NCBI GenBank assembly: GCA_964016885.1
Contig: OZ024743.1
Coordinates: 148,428,001-148,492,000 of the forward strand
DNA length: 64,000 nucleotides
DNA from: Eledone cirrhosa
Lineage: Eukaryota
Direction: 5' to 3'
The notes below the pieces were generated by a model, which worked only from the letters and a program-made list of their open reading frames with translations, had not been told where the DNA came from and did not search any database. Shown here in pieces: positions 1 to 16,200 of the stretch; positions within the stretch are counted from its first letter, which is position 1, and every line of letters begins with the position of its first letter. The translations under genes and the position numbers were made by a program.

Positions 1-1452
<1,452 letters not shown>

Positions 1453-1456
<4 letters not shown>

Positions 1457-2180
1457 GTAAAAAATGAAACGAAATTTCATTTCCCACTCTTAGTACGGCT
1501 GTTACTCGTACATACATATATATAGAGAGACGTACAGTAGTATGTATATATATACACATACATACATATATATATATATGTACGTTTGGATTCGCCGAAC
1601 ATTTATTATAATACACCGAGCATTATAATAAATGTTCGGTGAATCCATACGTACATATATATATATGTGTGCATGTATGTATATATATATGTGTGCATGT
1701 ATGTATATATATATATACATACTACTGTACGTCTGTATACATATATGTATGTACGTGTACATACTTATATTTAAGTAACAGCCGTACTAAGAGTGGGAAA
1801 TGAAATTTCGTTTCATTTTTTCCGTTTATCGTTGACGATGCACCCGGCCGATTAACCCACGAGATATGAAAATTGAGCTACTCAGCCGTTAATATGCATA
1901 AGGTAACTATATACGTTCAACAATCTGGCAGGAAGGTATACGTTGCTGACGATAGCTAATAACCTTGAAACTAGTCCAGCGTTCCTTTGTCAGTGTTGAA
2001 CAAACGAGCAACGATGGTTGCTGGACACTACGGCTTAATACGGGATGTTTGTTTACAAACACACCGAGCATTATAATAAATGTTCGGTGAATCCATACGA
2101 ACATATATATGTGTGCATGTATGTATATATATATATACATACTACTGTACGTCTGTATACATATATGTATGTACGTGTAC

Positions 2181-2181
<1 letters not shown>
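1453..2181 (+). mobile_element. HHR-bearing non-coding tandem repeat (candidate non-LTR retrozyme), locus 1: inverted partial copy 1453-1612, then about 1.3 tandem units
   Basis: ACACCGAGCATTATAATAAATGTTCGGTGAATCC recurs at 1613 and 2061 (448-bp period); same family at 35169-36083; contains an HHR. Confidence 0.8.
1941..1981 (+). ncRNA. Minimal type I hammerhead ribozyme
   Basis: CGTTG-CTGACGA-TAGCTAATAACCTT-GAAAC-TA-GTC-CAGCG: canonical core, stem I CGTTG/CAGCG, minimal palindromic stem III, GUC triplet; one stem II mismatch. Confidence 0.85.
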
Positions 2182-2254
<73 letters not shown>

Positions 2255-2260
<6 letters not shown>

Positions 2261-2322
2261 TACAGATTAAACTTTAAGCAAAGAATCGCTGCTTTCACTC
2301 TTAATGGGATCTTCTGAAACTG

Positions 2323-2327
<5 letters not shown>
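2255..2327 (-). repeat. Fragment of the CAGAAGA-core HHR repeat family
   Basis: Homologous to 32841-32906 and to the reverse complement of 33576-33645. Confidence 0.75.
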
Positions 2328-2381
<54 letters not shown>

Positions 2382-3135
2382 GATATATATAAAGATAGAT
2401 ATATATATATATATATATATATATAGATATATATATAGATATATATATAGAGAGATATATATAGAGATATATATAATGTTCAAAAGTGGCCCACTAATGG
2501 AACATGTTGCATACTCCTGGTCTAGGTCCTAACTCTTTGTTACCAAACAGACTCTGGCCAAATGAAACAAAACCACCTGTTTCAAATCGTTCTTATTTGA
2601 ATTTGAAATCTTTCAACATAGTTTCATATAAGAACCAAAATGTTAAATTACTATTCAATTTATGAAATAATATTAATAAATGCCTCAAAATGTTTCATCA
2701 ATTAATTTTAATTCCATACATTGTGTTGGAAATACAGTCATAAAAGGTTAAACCTTGTCATAAAGAGAAAACATATCTTCTGGCTGGATGATTTGATTTT
2801 ATGAAAGGCCAACCGCCTTCCTCTGTTGTGCATCAACAACTATTAATTACACTGTTTTATTGAATTAATGTGTTTCAATGCAAATCACCAGTGATCAGTA
2901 CAAAATCTAGTGACTCTCTTTGATTTATGCCAAAGAGATTTTTGACATGATAATGCATTTCTCTTATTTTAGCAGTATCCTAAAGCCAAATGGGCAAAAT
3001 TTTACCCTATAATGGAAATATTGGTTTGCAAGTGATGAACATAAAAAAGGGCTTATTTTTATTGATTTGAGAAACATGAAATATGGAATTTGACGTTACA
3101 TGGGATCTGAACTCAGAACCAGTACTAGATGAATT

Positions 3136-3469
3136 CATCATCATCATTTTACGTCTGCCTCTCCCTGCTTGCAAGGGTGGGACGGGAACTAATTCTGGCT
3201 TGACTTCTACAGCTGGATGCCCTTCCTAACACCAACCTCATTTACAGTGAATGCTGGGTGCTTTTTTGCCATGGCACCTCCACGACCACTTTACAGTGGA
3301 ATGATATCGACCCCAGTCCCTATCATCTCATTTCTACAGCTGAGTAAACTGGAGCAATGTGAAATAAAGTGTCTTGCTCAAGGACACAACACATCACCTG
3401 GTCTGAGAAATGAACTCACAACCTTTCAATTGCAAGCTCAATGCTCTAACCACTAAGCCATGTGCCTCC
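3136..3469 (-). mobile_element. tRNA-derived SINE with (ATG)n tail
   Basis: Minus strand begins GGAGGCACATGGCTTAGTGGTTAGAGC (A box), then a B-box-like GAGTTCATT and TCCTTGAGCAAGACACTT; second copy at 37908-38221. Confidence 0.85.
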
Positions 3470-3744
3470 ATTTTTTTGTAGTGAACAATTTATGTATTAC
3501 CTGGTATTAAAAGACAAGAGTTATTTTTGTGTTATATCTTACTTTGCTTTATTGTGTCTTTCTTAATGTGTGTTGATTATTTTTAAAGTCAAAATGTTGT
3601 TAACATTTTTAGCTCTTTTGATACAAATGTACTGAAACTGCCCCTGGTTCTATGATACAAAACTGCTTGTTTTAAAATATTTATATTTATCTATAAAGCT
3701 TCAATTATAATTTTATCTTAAAATATATTGTTTCAATTATAGAG

Positions 3745-4983
3745 CGCCCCTTGTTAAGCCTCCCCAGTAAAGACAATGCTAAGTGTCTGGCAAAAAGATG
3801 TAGAGAGATTGTTGAGTCAAAACTAGCTTATGAACAGTGTGGTTTACACCCTGGACAGCTGACCAAATATTCACACTGGCAAGTCTTTGACAAATCGTCA
3901 AAATATTGCCTAGAGTTATATACTTGTTTTGTAGACCTTGAAAAAGCATATGATCACATTCTTCAGGACATGCTGTGGAAGGGTGTGCAGTAGTATGGGA
4001 TCAATGGTCAGCTTCTTGTTGCCCTGATGTCTCAATACAAATGCCTGTTTTTGGATAAATGATGTTAAATCAAAATCATTCAACGTGGGAATCAGACTCC
4101 AAGGGTGCATACTGTCCCCTCTCCAGTTCATTATTTTCATGAACAGGATTGACATGTGCAGCCAGTTTAGAAATGGTATCATAACTGGCAGGTGTAAAAT
4201 CAGTTGGCTGGAATTTGTAGATGACATTGTGTTATTTAACTTGATACTCAACAGGAGGTGATCGCTGACATGCACTTGATAAGTTTGATGTCAAATGCTG
4301 CACACCTGGAATGAAAATCAGTGCTGCAAAAACTGAGACTCTTGTTCATTCAAGGAAGCCTGCACAGTGCACTCGACATATGAATGAAGTTCCACTGAAG
4401 TAGGTGGAGAAGTTCAAATATCTTGGGCTGTGTTCACGAGTAATGGAAGGGAAGAGGCTGAATTGAATGCAAGAATTGCAGGAGCTGGTGTAGTAATGAG
4501 CCAGCTTCAGCATTCAGTAATCAGAAGAAGTGGGGTAGGTATAAAAGCCAAACTGACTATCTTCAATTTGGTATTTTGCCAACTCTTACCTATGGTCATG
4601 AATATAAGTGACTGAAATGGGATTCCTATGAAGGGTCTTTGGATAAAATTACTTGATAGAGCATGTAGCTCGGAGATCAGAGAGTCGCTTCAGGTAGAGC
4701 CACTGCTTCTCCAAATTGAAAGATCACAGCTCCTGTAATATGAGCATATAGTAAGAATGTCACAGGAAAGAATCACTGGATAGACTTTGTGGGCAAAACC
4801 AACCAGCAGGATACTCATGTAGACCCTGAACAAGATGATTGGATAGCATCCTTGAACTTGGCTGGTCTCACTTGGGGATCCAACCAGATGAGTTGGAGTT
4901 GGTTGCTACTGAAAAAATCTGCTGGAAGAGGTGTTTGAAGACTCTGTATCCATGACTCTCTTAGGAATAAGTGAAGAAGAAGT
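3745..4983 (+). mobile_element. 5'-truncated, decayed RTE-like LINE reverse transcriptase
   Basis: LLSLPSK, EQCG, CFVDLEKAYD, QGCILSPLQFIIFM, FVDD and FKYLG motifs broken by stops and frameshifts. Confidence 0.9.
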
Positions 4984-7900
4984 TTTGATTCCAACATCAG
5001 CTTAATAATGAGAAAAATCGCTGTATTACCAAATTGATCCAAATTCTTGATTGTTTTGAATATTATTTAAAAGTCATAGGCAGTATCTTTCATTAGAAAT
5101 ATGGCAATGAAAGAATTATAGTGTAGAACAGACATTTTCCACTCTTTTACAAACTAAAGCACACTGAATAATATCCTAAAAGCTTGACAGTAGACCAAAT
5201 ATTTAAAGTTTTATCATATAAAATAAAATGTTAAATGTGCATTAAAATTATTTCAAAACTATGAGTACTACACCCATTATATTTCACTGTAAAGGAACCC
5301 ATATGCACTGGTGCAATGTAGTAAAAACACCAAATGTTTTTTTTTTTAATATCCTTGCATTTTTCAGTCTCACATTCAAAACACTCAGCCCACTCATGGG
5401 CCATAGATAGCACACTTCTGTGCCACATCACAATGATTTATATTAGGTATATAAGTTAGTTAATGTTTGAAGTTAACTTTCCATTGCAATGAATGCAAAA
5501 TTAATCTTATTTAGAATTGGTATTTCAAAAGAGCTTGTGGTAGAACTGTCTGTTGAGTTGATGTTATTGTTGAAGGGTGGGAGTAATTTTGACAGTTGTT
5601 CTAAAATTAAGTGTTGAGAACCTTTAGTCTCAAGCTGATGATAGCATTGGTATTAGTGGCATTAATGATGATGGTTGAAGCTATTGGTACATATTCATCT
5701 ATCCTTGCATCCCAGACAGAGCAGCCATATAAGAATTCCTGTAACTATTCTGATGAACAAGAGGAGTTTATTATCAATTAAGATTGTAAAACAAAAAGGA
5801 AAAATGAAGGGAGAAGACAGAAAAAATACAAGCAAGAAAGAAAGGAAGAAATGACGAAGAGGAAAAGGTATATTAAAATATGTAGTACAATATAGATAAT
5901 AGCCCTAAAACAATAACACATACCCATAACAAATAAAATTAAACAAAAAATTCTACATTAATAAAACAAAAATCAAACACAAATGTAATATAGTTAAAGC
6001 CATAAAATGAGAAAGAAAAAGAATGAAAACAACAAGATCAACAAAAACAAAAGCACTGGCATCAACCATAATTAGAAAACCCAATGAAAATGAAAAATAT
6101 AAAAAAAAAAACAAAGAAAGGTTACGGGGCAGAGGTTAGACAACTACAACAACAGCAATGACAAGAGCATCTACAAAATCAGTAAAATAACAAACAAGAA
6201 CAAATCAACAATAACAACAAGAAGGATAGGAGTATTGTGTGGGTGGGGTGTGTGGTTGTGGTGGTGGGGCTACTGAAGATGGAGACTGAAATAAAGCAAA
6301 AACTAAAGGAACAACAACAATAAAGAATGCAATGACAAGAAAAACAACATCTTACAACTGCAACAAAAACAACTAGTGATAGACAAATGAAACAAACTAT
6401 TACAATAGCAACAACAACAACATTAAAAGACAAGGAAATACATATACAACAACAAAAAGAAATACTATGGAGGTTTTAAGAAGAAGAAAAAAACATCAGC
6501 AAAACCTACAACTATGGCAGTAACAACAACAACAACAGTCATGTTATGAAGAAAAAGCCACAAAAATGAAATGAAACTAATCAACAACAAGAACAGAACA
6601 AACTACAACTTAAAGGCTAAACACACATGTACACATGTACACACATACACTTATGTATGTGTGGATGGATATAAGTGTTTGTGTGTGTGTATGTATATAT
6701 ATATATATATATATGTGTGTGTATGTATGTATAAAAGCAAAAACAACTTGCAAACCTTATACACTCCACTCTCTACCTGAACAAATTAATACAAGACAAC
6801 AACAATCACCACCACTACGATAAAAACATTAATATCATCATCATCATCAACAAAAAGAGCAACATTAATAGCAGCACCATCAAGAAACAAAAGAATAATA
6901 AAGCCCAAAAATATCTCCTACCCACATCCAACTTTTCCACATCCAACTTAACCATTTATATAGATGATTGCTGTGTGATTCTCTTTTACCAAAATGATGG
7001 GGAGGGGGGGGGGGGGGGAGAAAGAAAAATTAAAGAAAGAGAGGATAAGAAAATATGAAGAAAAAAAAACTAAAAGAGAGAAGAAACGAAAGAACCCTGG
7101 TACAACATTACTTCTTCATGGTTCCTTGCAATAGAATTTGGTAAAGAGGCTGTTATTTTTCATTTGACTATTTTATACCCTTTAAAACAATGGCAAAAGA
7201 AGTTTAGGTAAGTGGTATGGTGTGGAGAAGAGGTTTGGGTTTGTGCTGGTATTGGGTGATGATGTGGGGGTGGAGAGTTGGTCATGACAGGGAAGGGGCT
7301 GTGGTAGTGTTGGCATTATTAGTGGTTAGTGATGGTTGTGGTGGGGATCATTGTCATGGTGGTTGATTGTGGTGGTGGTTGCAGCGGTGATTGTGGAAAT
7401 AGGGAATTTTGGTGTGAGCATTTATTTTGAGTAAGGTTCCACTGGGATGGGGAGAGATAATAGCTTCTGCTTAGATTAGGGTTAATAGTTTCTTTAATCA
7501 GTATATATAATAATGAAGAGAATAAAGTATTGGAGTGGTGGTGTATAATTGAGGATCACAAGATATCATTTCCTTTAGATTGGTAGTAGCAATCATGATG
7601 ATTATGGTGATGATGATATAAACAGGGTTGGGGATAGTTATGGTGATGGTGGGGGCTGCAGTGGTATCAATGATCATAACTATGATAAAGGCATAGATGG
7701 TCCCCATTTATAATGTTGCTGTAATTGATGTTGATGGTGGTGGAGATGATGCTGGTAGCTGTAATGATAGTAGTAATTGTGGTAGTAATAAAGTTGAAGA
7801 CATGGGAGACAGTAATTGTGGTGTTGTTGATGGTGATTGTAATGATTATAGTTGTGGTGGTATTACTAGAAAGAATTTTATTGTCAGTGATGGGTGTAGT

Positions 7901-9822
7901 AGTAATAATAGTACCAACTGTATTAATTATGTAAGTTTTGTTGTTTAGCAGTAGGTCAGTTCTGGTTGAGCAAACATATCAAGGCATTCCAATTATGCCC
8001 ATATATATTTTTTAAGACAGTAAGGAGATATTAGTGAGGAGACGAGGCTGCTATTTCTAGCAGATCAAGTGACTACATAAAGGCACCTGGGAGGAGATGA
8101 TGGTCATGTTCACAGTGACAATATTGGTTGAGAAGAGAGGGATTGCAATATTGAATCAAAGTGGAAGAAGAAGAAGAAGAAGAAGACCTGTATAAAGAAG
8201 TGATTAACCTCCTTATATACAGATTGCTGAACTTCCTCTTTTATATTGCACTTCCCTCATCTCTTCCTGTCACCATTGCCACCACCCACCATCTAACCCA
8301 ACTTAATTTCGAAACTAAACCCTTAACCCAAACCCCTACTCTCCAGAAGTACTTCAATCTCTATTTCCTCCTTGTTCCTTTGTTTCACCAACCAATACCT
8401 TTCAACAGTCTCAACTAATCATTAACACTAATAACCTTCTTCAATTATCCCTATTAACCTGTCTAAGAGACTGTGAAAGGGCAATGACCATTAGCTTTTT
8501 ATCATCTAATTAACAAAATCAAAATAAAATCCCTTCTATTCTTTATTTGTTTTTGCTTTAATCTATTGCAGTTTTGTTATTATATTTGTTCTTTATTCTT
8601 CATCATGAGAAATGATTAATACTTGATTAATTTATAGAGCATCACACACATCGAGGTTTCTTCATTGTTGACCAACATACAACAATCTCCAGCACACAAA
8701 GGCTCTGAGTTTTTCTCCTGTTCTTTCTACTATAACTATAAATAAATAGTTAAAATAATTAAGTACAGTTTCTCCATATAACATGGCTGTGGCCAAAGAT
8801 GAAGAGTCAACTTATAAAGTCACATGTGGAAAAATACATACACTGAGATATGATAAAGAATGAGATAAGTTCTGTACTCACATGAAAGATGGTCTACCAG
8901 AGATATAGCAATTTTTTAAATTACATAACACATTGCACTGATGAAAATTATATTTATAGGTAAAAGGTTCTATCAGCATTTTTTGCAAACACTATTTGTT
9001 GAATATTTACGCAAAAATAAAAATTCCAATATTGCTTTTACGATAGGTCTTTCAAATATGTTGTCTTTACTCTGAAAAGAAAAGAGAAAAAAGAAAAAAC
9101 TCCATTAATTCCTTATAGAATTCCTTCACCAGAGCTTTTTTAATTTGTGAAATCTTTGAAATCGAATGTGTGATTTTAGCAAAAATAATAGAACCAATTT
9201 AACACATAGTAGGAAAATAAATATTTTCTTAACCTTTAATTTATTTGAATTATCGGTTGATTTTATCAGTCTAGTGAATTTTTGCTGAAAAGATTTATGG
9301 TAATCAGACAAAATTATATATGGTGTGGCTAATGGTAACAACAGGAATCAGCAGATTAAATGTTGTGCTCTTTTATTCCATCGTTTGAAGGCCAAAACAT
9401 CAGGTGGATGTTTTCTCATTTGCAAAGGTGTTACCCTGGAGGATAGCAAAGAAGATGCAATGAAAGAGTCAATTCAACTTTCAGGGTACCTTTTTATGAG
9501 TGGCTAATTCTGTTACAATTGGAATAAGGAAAGAGGTTTTTTGGGGGGTCTAATGATGCTAAATATTTCCACCATTATAGGTACAATGATAAACTTATTT
9601 GAAAGTAGCTGGTATTAAACAACTTGCCATGTTCTGCTTGTTGGGCAACAAAACCTAAGTCTGCTGCTTAATTCAGAAAAAGTATTGCTGCCTGGCACGT
9701 TCCAGATGAGAAGCTTACTACTGCAGATTAGAAACATTGTGATTCTTAATTGTGAATGATATGTTGTAACAGGCGTTAGGAACTGAGGTGGCAGGACAAA
9801 AGAAAGCAGAAAAAAAATCTAC

Positions 9823-9871
9823 CGTAGATCTTCAATGGCATTGATGTTGCTCACAAATTCAGAGACTGAAC
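9823..9871 (-). other. Candidate host-gene exon (possibly terminal)
   Basis: Pyrimidine-rich acceptor TATTTCCTTTAG; reads VQSLNL* in phase 0 or GSVSEFVSNINAIEDLR in phase 1. Confidence 0.3.
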
Positions 9872-12424
9872 CTAAAGGAAATACTGTCCAGTCGTTTACA
9901 TTATAATTGAATATGTAAGCAGTTTATTTAATTGAAAAATGTGAATACTTAGCATCGAAACCAGAGAAGATCCATTTAAGTCTTCTTTTACATAAGTATT
10001 TGTTTATGATTCTTAAAAAAATGATCTGTAACTGACCATAAAACTGATTTACCTGAAAGATGAGTCAAATAAAAATATCTAAACATTGGCAACTACTTTG
10101 GTGGTGGTAGGTGACTACAAGCCATAACTTTATGGTGATTTGCCAAATACCAAATTCCTTATTTGCATCAAAAGTAAACTGTGTCTTTGAAGTCATCTCT
10201 TCCTAACTTCAAACCTCATTTCACATGTTTTCCGTAGCAAAGTTTGTGTCTTCGCTATATTTCTAGTTGGAAGCCAACTTGTTTCTATTAATATCCTTCA
10301 GAAAGCTATTATTTTTAATAACTTAATCCAAATATTAGTGTTTACCAGTTGGTAACTTTGGTAAAGCTGCAGTCAAAATGTTTTGCAGTATTTCTTCAAG
10401 CTCTTAAAGTTCTAGATCAACTTCCCTTTTCATCATTTCAGGGTCATTTAAATAAATTGTAACTATATCAGTTGTCAATTTAATAAACTAATGTCCTCCT
10501 CTCACATTTTGACATTGTTCTTATCTTGGCACTTATTTAATGCAATCGGTTGACAGAAACATTAGCCTTTCAGAAAATGCCTTGCTGTTTGTGTTTTGAG
10601 TTCAAATCCTGCCAGAGCCAATTTTACTTTTCATCCTTTCTAGGTTTATAAAGTACTACTCAATTACTATGTTCAATTTAAATGGGTTTCCCCTTTTCTT
10701 GAATTTCATGTCATGTGCCTAAGTTAGAAGCTATTATTATCAAGATCATCATTGTTGGGAGCTGTGGATTAATGGAACCATTAGAGCATCGAACAACATG
10801 TCTTACAGCATTTGATTCAGCTGTTCACATCTCAGGTTCAAATTGCACTGATGTCAAGTTGGGCTTTTATCCTTTTAGTGTTTTAATTGTGTTTTGGGAT
10901 CAATTTAATTGACTATTACCTATACAAAATTTGTGACCTTGTACCTCTGTTAGAAATTAATTTTATCACCTTCAGGTCAGAATCGGTAGTACTCTGGAGG
11001 AAATATCTTGAAGCATTTATTTAAAACTATTTATGGATTTGCCTTTTATCTTTTCAGGGTTGGTATATATAAAATATCAGTTATATAACAATATAATCAA
11101 CTAAGCATATCATTTATATTTTGTAGTTTTATTTCCTGGATTTGCAGAACTATTTGCCATTCAGACCAAGGCACTTTTTGTTCTGAGATTAAATTCCACG
11201 AAAGTCAGCATTTTCTTTCATCCTTCCAAAATTGAAGAAAAAGTACCAACTGGTGTAGATTTAATCAGCTGTGTCTTTCCTGAAATATATGACCTTGTGC
11301 CTATAGTGTGTATGTTAGAAAAATAAATTATTAATATGTTTTAAGAGGAAGTTGAGGAAAAAATCTGTAGAGTGGCAGACAATAATCAGTAGGGCAACCA
11401 ATAAAAGGCTATGAGGTGTTTTGTAATATATTATGTTCTGATTTCAAACTAATGAGTTCGATTTTACATTTCATATGTCCAGGATTAACAAATAAGTATC
11501 AGTGAAATATTTGGGTTGACCTATTGACGTATCCTTTTCTAAACTTTGAGACACTGTATCTATATTAGAAATCCTTATCATTGCTGTGATTGTAAGTTGG
11601 CAGTTTAGGCATACCATTCAAAAACATGGAAGAAAACATGATTTATACTTGTTTAGCAAATGATTTGATTAGTGATCATGACGTAAACGGAAATGATCAT
11701 ATGTCACAGAAACGTCATTTAAAACACACATTTGTCATGCTATTTGATAGCAATTTAAAACATAGTTTTACAGTTATAGTGAATAACATTTTTAAAATCA
11801 CTTTCACCATTATTTTCAGCTTAGTTTTATGCTTTCATAGTATTATATAATACTAAGTACACACCAGCACTATTCCGCTACATCACACTGGAATTGATGA
11901 TAAAATATTAAATTTTAAATGAAAAACTATTGTCTTTTGAATAATTATTTTTTACTGTTAAACCATAATAATTGTAAAGTATTTTCTTGTATCTCCAAAT
12001 CTCTGTCAATATAATATAGTGACAGGAACATTTAAAGAATAGATGGGAATTTTTTTCTAATTTGGAGATTGCACATACTAAAATTCTGAAAAAAAAAACG
12101 AATGTTAGAGACGGTACCAAAAGAGTATAATACAAATAAAGAAAAATATCAAGATTGCAAAATGGAAATTCTCATTATAATCTGGCATATTTCATGAAGC
12201 TAAAGCTCTATGATATATAGAGAAACGAAATGGAAGTAGAATAGCACCACAATTCATTAGCTGAATGAAGAAAAAGAATCCTGGTTTTCTAGTAGCTGTT
12301 GAAAGAGAACATTTCCAAATACAATGATCTTTGAGAGAAGAAACAGTATATATTTGTTTTTACAGTGTACATAAATGTATGTTGTTGAAATTTACATACA
12401 ATTTCTAGATTTATATTTGCAATT

Positions 12425-12521
<97 letters not shown>

Positions 12522-12569
12522 GTATATGTATGTATGTATGTATGTGTGTGTGTGTGTGCGCACACGCAC

Positions 12570-12655
12570 TTGATGATTCTTAACAGGATCCTGCCAGAGA
12601 TGGAGAAGAAGCTCAGAGGCAACCAGAATGGCTTCAGAAAGAGAAGATAAACCAC
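12570..12655 (-). CDS. Candidate 86-nt host exon ([29 protein letters not shown])
   Basis: Complex island between microsatellites bounded by GACAG and GTGCGT splice signals; open frame. Confidence 0.5.
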
Positions 12656-12718
12656 CTGTCATATACATACATACATACATATATACACACAAATATATAT
12701 ATATATATATAAAATACT

Positions 12719-12967
12719 TTTCACCGTATTTTTGACTAAAGAAATGTTAGCCTGATAATGGGGTTTAGAACCCTCAGATAAATGGAAAAAGATGTGTATT
12801 GACATACATGGGAGTCAATACTCATCGTCCCATATACGTCAATACTCATCTTTTTTCATTTATCTGAGGGTTCTAAACCCCATTATCAGGCTAAAATTTC
12901 TTTAGTCAATAATATGGTGAAAGCTATTCTATTTTCTAATTTCAAACCTGCTCACTGTTTCAAAACA
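12719..12967. repeat. Foldback of a SINE-like repeat body (about 95-bp arms, 12719-12813 / 12828-12922)
   Basis: Arms are reverse complements; homologous to 22683-22818. Confidence 0.8.
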
Positions 12968-13076
12968 TACTTACTTGTCATATATATATATATATAAAAA
13001 ATTAGGATTGGTGCTCTGAAATAGCGATGTATACATGAATCTATGTATAGTATATTTGGCAATATACTGTATGTTT

Positions 13077-13108
<32 letters not shown>

Positions 13109-13947
13109 TTTACGTCCGCTTTTATATATATATGATGCATTACCTCATTGATGGACTTCCAGATATTTAATCAACTAAACAAATTACCAAATGAATTAAC
13201 AAGCAAAATGGCTGAGTATTCCACAGAATACAATTGATCTTAATGAAATGCTCAGGTGGAATCAGCATAACAATATGACAATATTGCACTGTTGAATTAC
13301 TGGTACTATCCATCTGAAGAGCTTTCAGTTTTTTGTCTATGCCCTTTTCCTCACAAGGCATTGATCAATCTGAGACTTTCTTAAAAGATACTTGCCTAAG
13401 ATATGACAATTTAAGGTATGTTGATGAAAGAAAAATAGGGCCAAAATAAACAATTATGTATTTATATACATAAAGTACATACATACATATACAGATGTAC
13501 TCATGTATTCAAGTTTTGGTGTGTTTCTATTTTTCTCTTTCTCTCATATATACAGATATATAGTAATAATAATTATGAAGATCCTGTAATAGGGTGTGAA
13601 AGTCCAAATTAAACTTTAGTCTGTATTAATAATAATTATATATATACCATCAGTTTACGTCTGTTTTCATGGTGCATGTGTGACTGGGTGTTATGGTGTG
13701 TGACTAGACAGGATGAAGAACCAGACCTTGCTCATAATTTCCATCTGTGGCTGAATATCCTTCCTAACACCAACCACTTACTTTACATATTGAGGTAGTG
13801 GGGGGTATTTTATTGTGGCACCAACACTAGAGATGATGCCACTGTGTTTTCAGCAGGATGAGGAGAGGCAGTAGTTAAAATATGAAGGAAGCTTTGTTGA
13901 GGTAGCAGCCATAGCTACATATTCTTTGTTGAGTGAGATACAGAAAG

Positions 13948-14010
<63 letters not shown>

Positions 14011-14989
14011 TGAGGTGTATATATTTACATAGATATATACAAGCAACTATTCTACTTACATGCTTCTGTACATAAATGTGTTACATGCATGTGTATAATA
14101 TATGTGTGAGCAGACAATAAAACCACAATTGGATACAATTTAACCAACAAAGATTGTTTAACTTTTGCTTATGCTTATTATTAATGTTATCATTATTATT
14201 AATATTATTATTATTATCAGATATACTATTGCTGTCAATTTAGTGTATAAAGTGCCTTATTTTATTTCATTTTTTCTTTTTTAAATGAAAGATGAATGTT
14301 AATCTAAGATGAAAGAAAGGGGAATTACCTTTATTTTATTTTATTCAGTCTACAGATCTGCAACTTCACCATCACCAGCTTTATTGATAGTGCAGCGCTA
14401 CCAACCACCATAGAGAGAAATTATTGATGTTGTCATCAGATTTTTGTTATTTCCATGAATAAAGTCTTGATTGCTGTAATTGGTGGAAATTTTTACCTCT
14501 TTTAACATAAGATTTTATATATCATCATTATGTCTATTGTTGTCGTTTTTCTTTTTCTTTTTGTTGTTCATATTAGTGGTGTTATTGTTATTATCATTGT
14601 TGTTGTAGTTGTTGTTGTTGTTGCTGTTCTTGTAGTTATTATTACTGTGATTGCTGCAGTGTCAGTTGTTGCTATTATTGTTGTAACAACTGTTGTTTGC
14701 AGTTTTCTGCTTCAGTTATTGCTGTTGTGGTTGGTGTTGTAGCTACTGTTGTTGTTCTTGTTGTTGGTGTAGTTATATGTATAGTCACACTCATACACCT
14801 GTACACATATATGTATACAGATACACGCATGCATCATAATTATTGTTTTTGTTGTTGATGTTGCTGTTCTTGTTGTAGTTGTTCTCCCCAGTGTTGATGT
14901 TATTGTTGTTGCTTCTGTTGGTGTATTGTTATGATAGTTGTTATTGTTGATATTAACCATCACTATTGCTATCTCATGTCTGACATTTA

Positions 14990-16200
14990 AAGACATTCAA
15001 ATGTGAAGACGTCATAACCATTTTCCAGGAAAGCATCAGAGACAAAAGGGACACCTCCTGAGATATTATAAAGAGACAAAGGAGTTTAGAGATAAATGTG
15101 GCTGGAACTATTAGTTGCAGATTATCATTCTGTTGACTAAAGGTTCTAGAGTTCAAATCATTCATACAATAGTATAACCCTTCTTCATGGATTTTGCAAT
15201 GGATAAAAGTACCAGACTCACTATGATGCATGAGGAGTTGAAATAACCAGATAGTTGAGATACCAATTTGCTGGATAAAATCTAAATTTGATTCCCTTTA
15301 GAACAATCTTTAAGTATCACAACTATGATAGGTCATGAAAGAATAGGAGAAACATCATCATCATTTAACATCTATCTTCCACGCTAGCATGGGTTAGACG
15401 GGTTTGTCCCACTTGAGGCAAGTTTGGTCGAGTGATCATGTCTCACTCATATAGAACTGTTTCTGGCTGGTTTTCTATGGCTGGATGCCCTTCCTAGCAC
15501 CAACCACATTTACAGTGTGAACTAGGTGCTTTTTTACCATGTTCCCTATACAACTACTTTACAGTGAGGACTGGGTGCTTTTTGTTGTGACACCTACACA
15601 ACCACTTTTGTGTGGGCTGGATGTTCAATGGCACCAACAACTTTACAAAGAAAGAGTGGTGTGGTCGGAAGTGGGAGGATGGAGTATGGGGTGTGGGTTG
15701 GGGTGTATATTGTACAGTATAAACTGTAGGTTTAAGTTCATATGTAAAGGAAGGTGGGTTTTCTGTATTACTGCATTTTGAAAATTTAATTACCCTCTTC
15801 CCATTTGAAGGAGGTAAATCCCTTATCTGAGATGTCATATGCTTAGACACATTCTCCACCTCCAACTTTGTCATTTTGGTTATAAACATGAGTACTGCAG
15901 CCAGCAATGCCGAGGACAGGAAGACAAGCAAATACTGGGACTGTTCTGACTGCTTCCTCGTCATACTGGTTTCTGTCAAGGTCTCAGGCATCCCCGGGCC
16001 CTGTACAGCTGAGCTCCACTGTAAAATCAAAACATCAGCAACCATCTGAAGAAGGAGCCCCATGAGGTGGGGTGGCTGTTGCATGGGGTGTCACTGGTCA
16101 ATGTCCATGGAAATGCTTTTGCAGTTTTGTCCACAGGGTGCAGTCAAAACACAGCTCCGCCATGAATGCCTTATGATCTTTTAGGTAGTTTTTGTTTAGC
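14990..16200 (-). mobile_element. Possible decayed Gypsy-like pol remnant interrupted by a LINE 3' UTR
   Basis: RWLLMF.F....LYRARG resembles the RNase H end, and GLYY...QLIVP resembles the pre-integrase region, in the expected order; heavily disrupted. Confidence 0.35.
15352..15765 (-). mobile_element. RTE LINE 3' UTR fragment with (ATG)n tail
   Basis: Homologous to 42543-42920, which directly follows an RTE ORF end. Confidence 0.75.

Noticed and set aside
14530-14960. Hydrophobic V/I/L-rich ORFs
   Set aside because: Degenerate (GTT)n/(ATT)n low-complexity DNA
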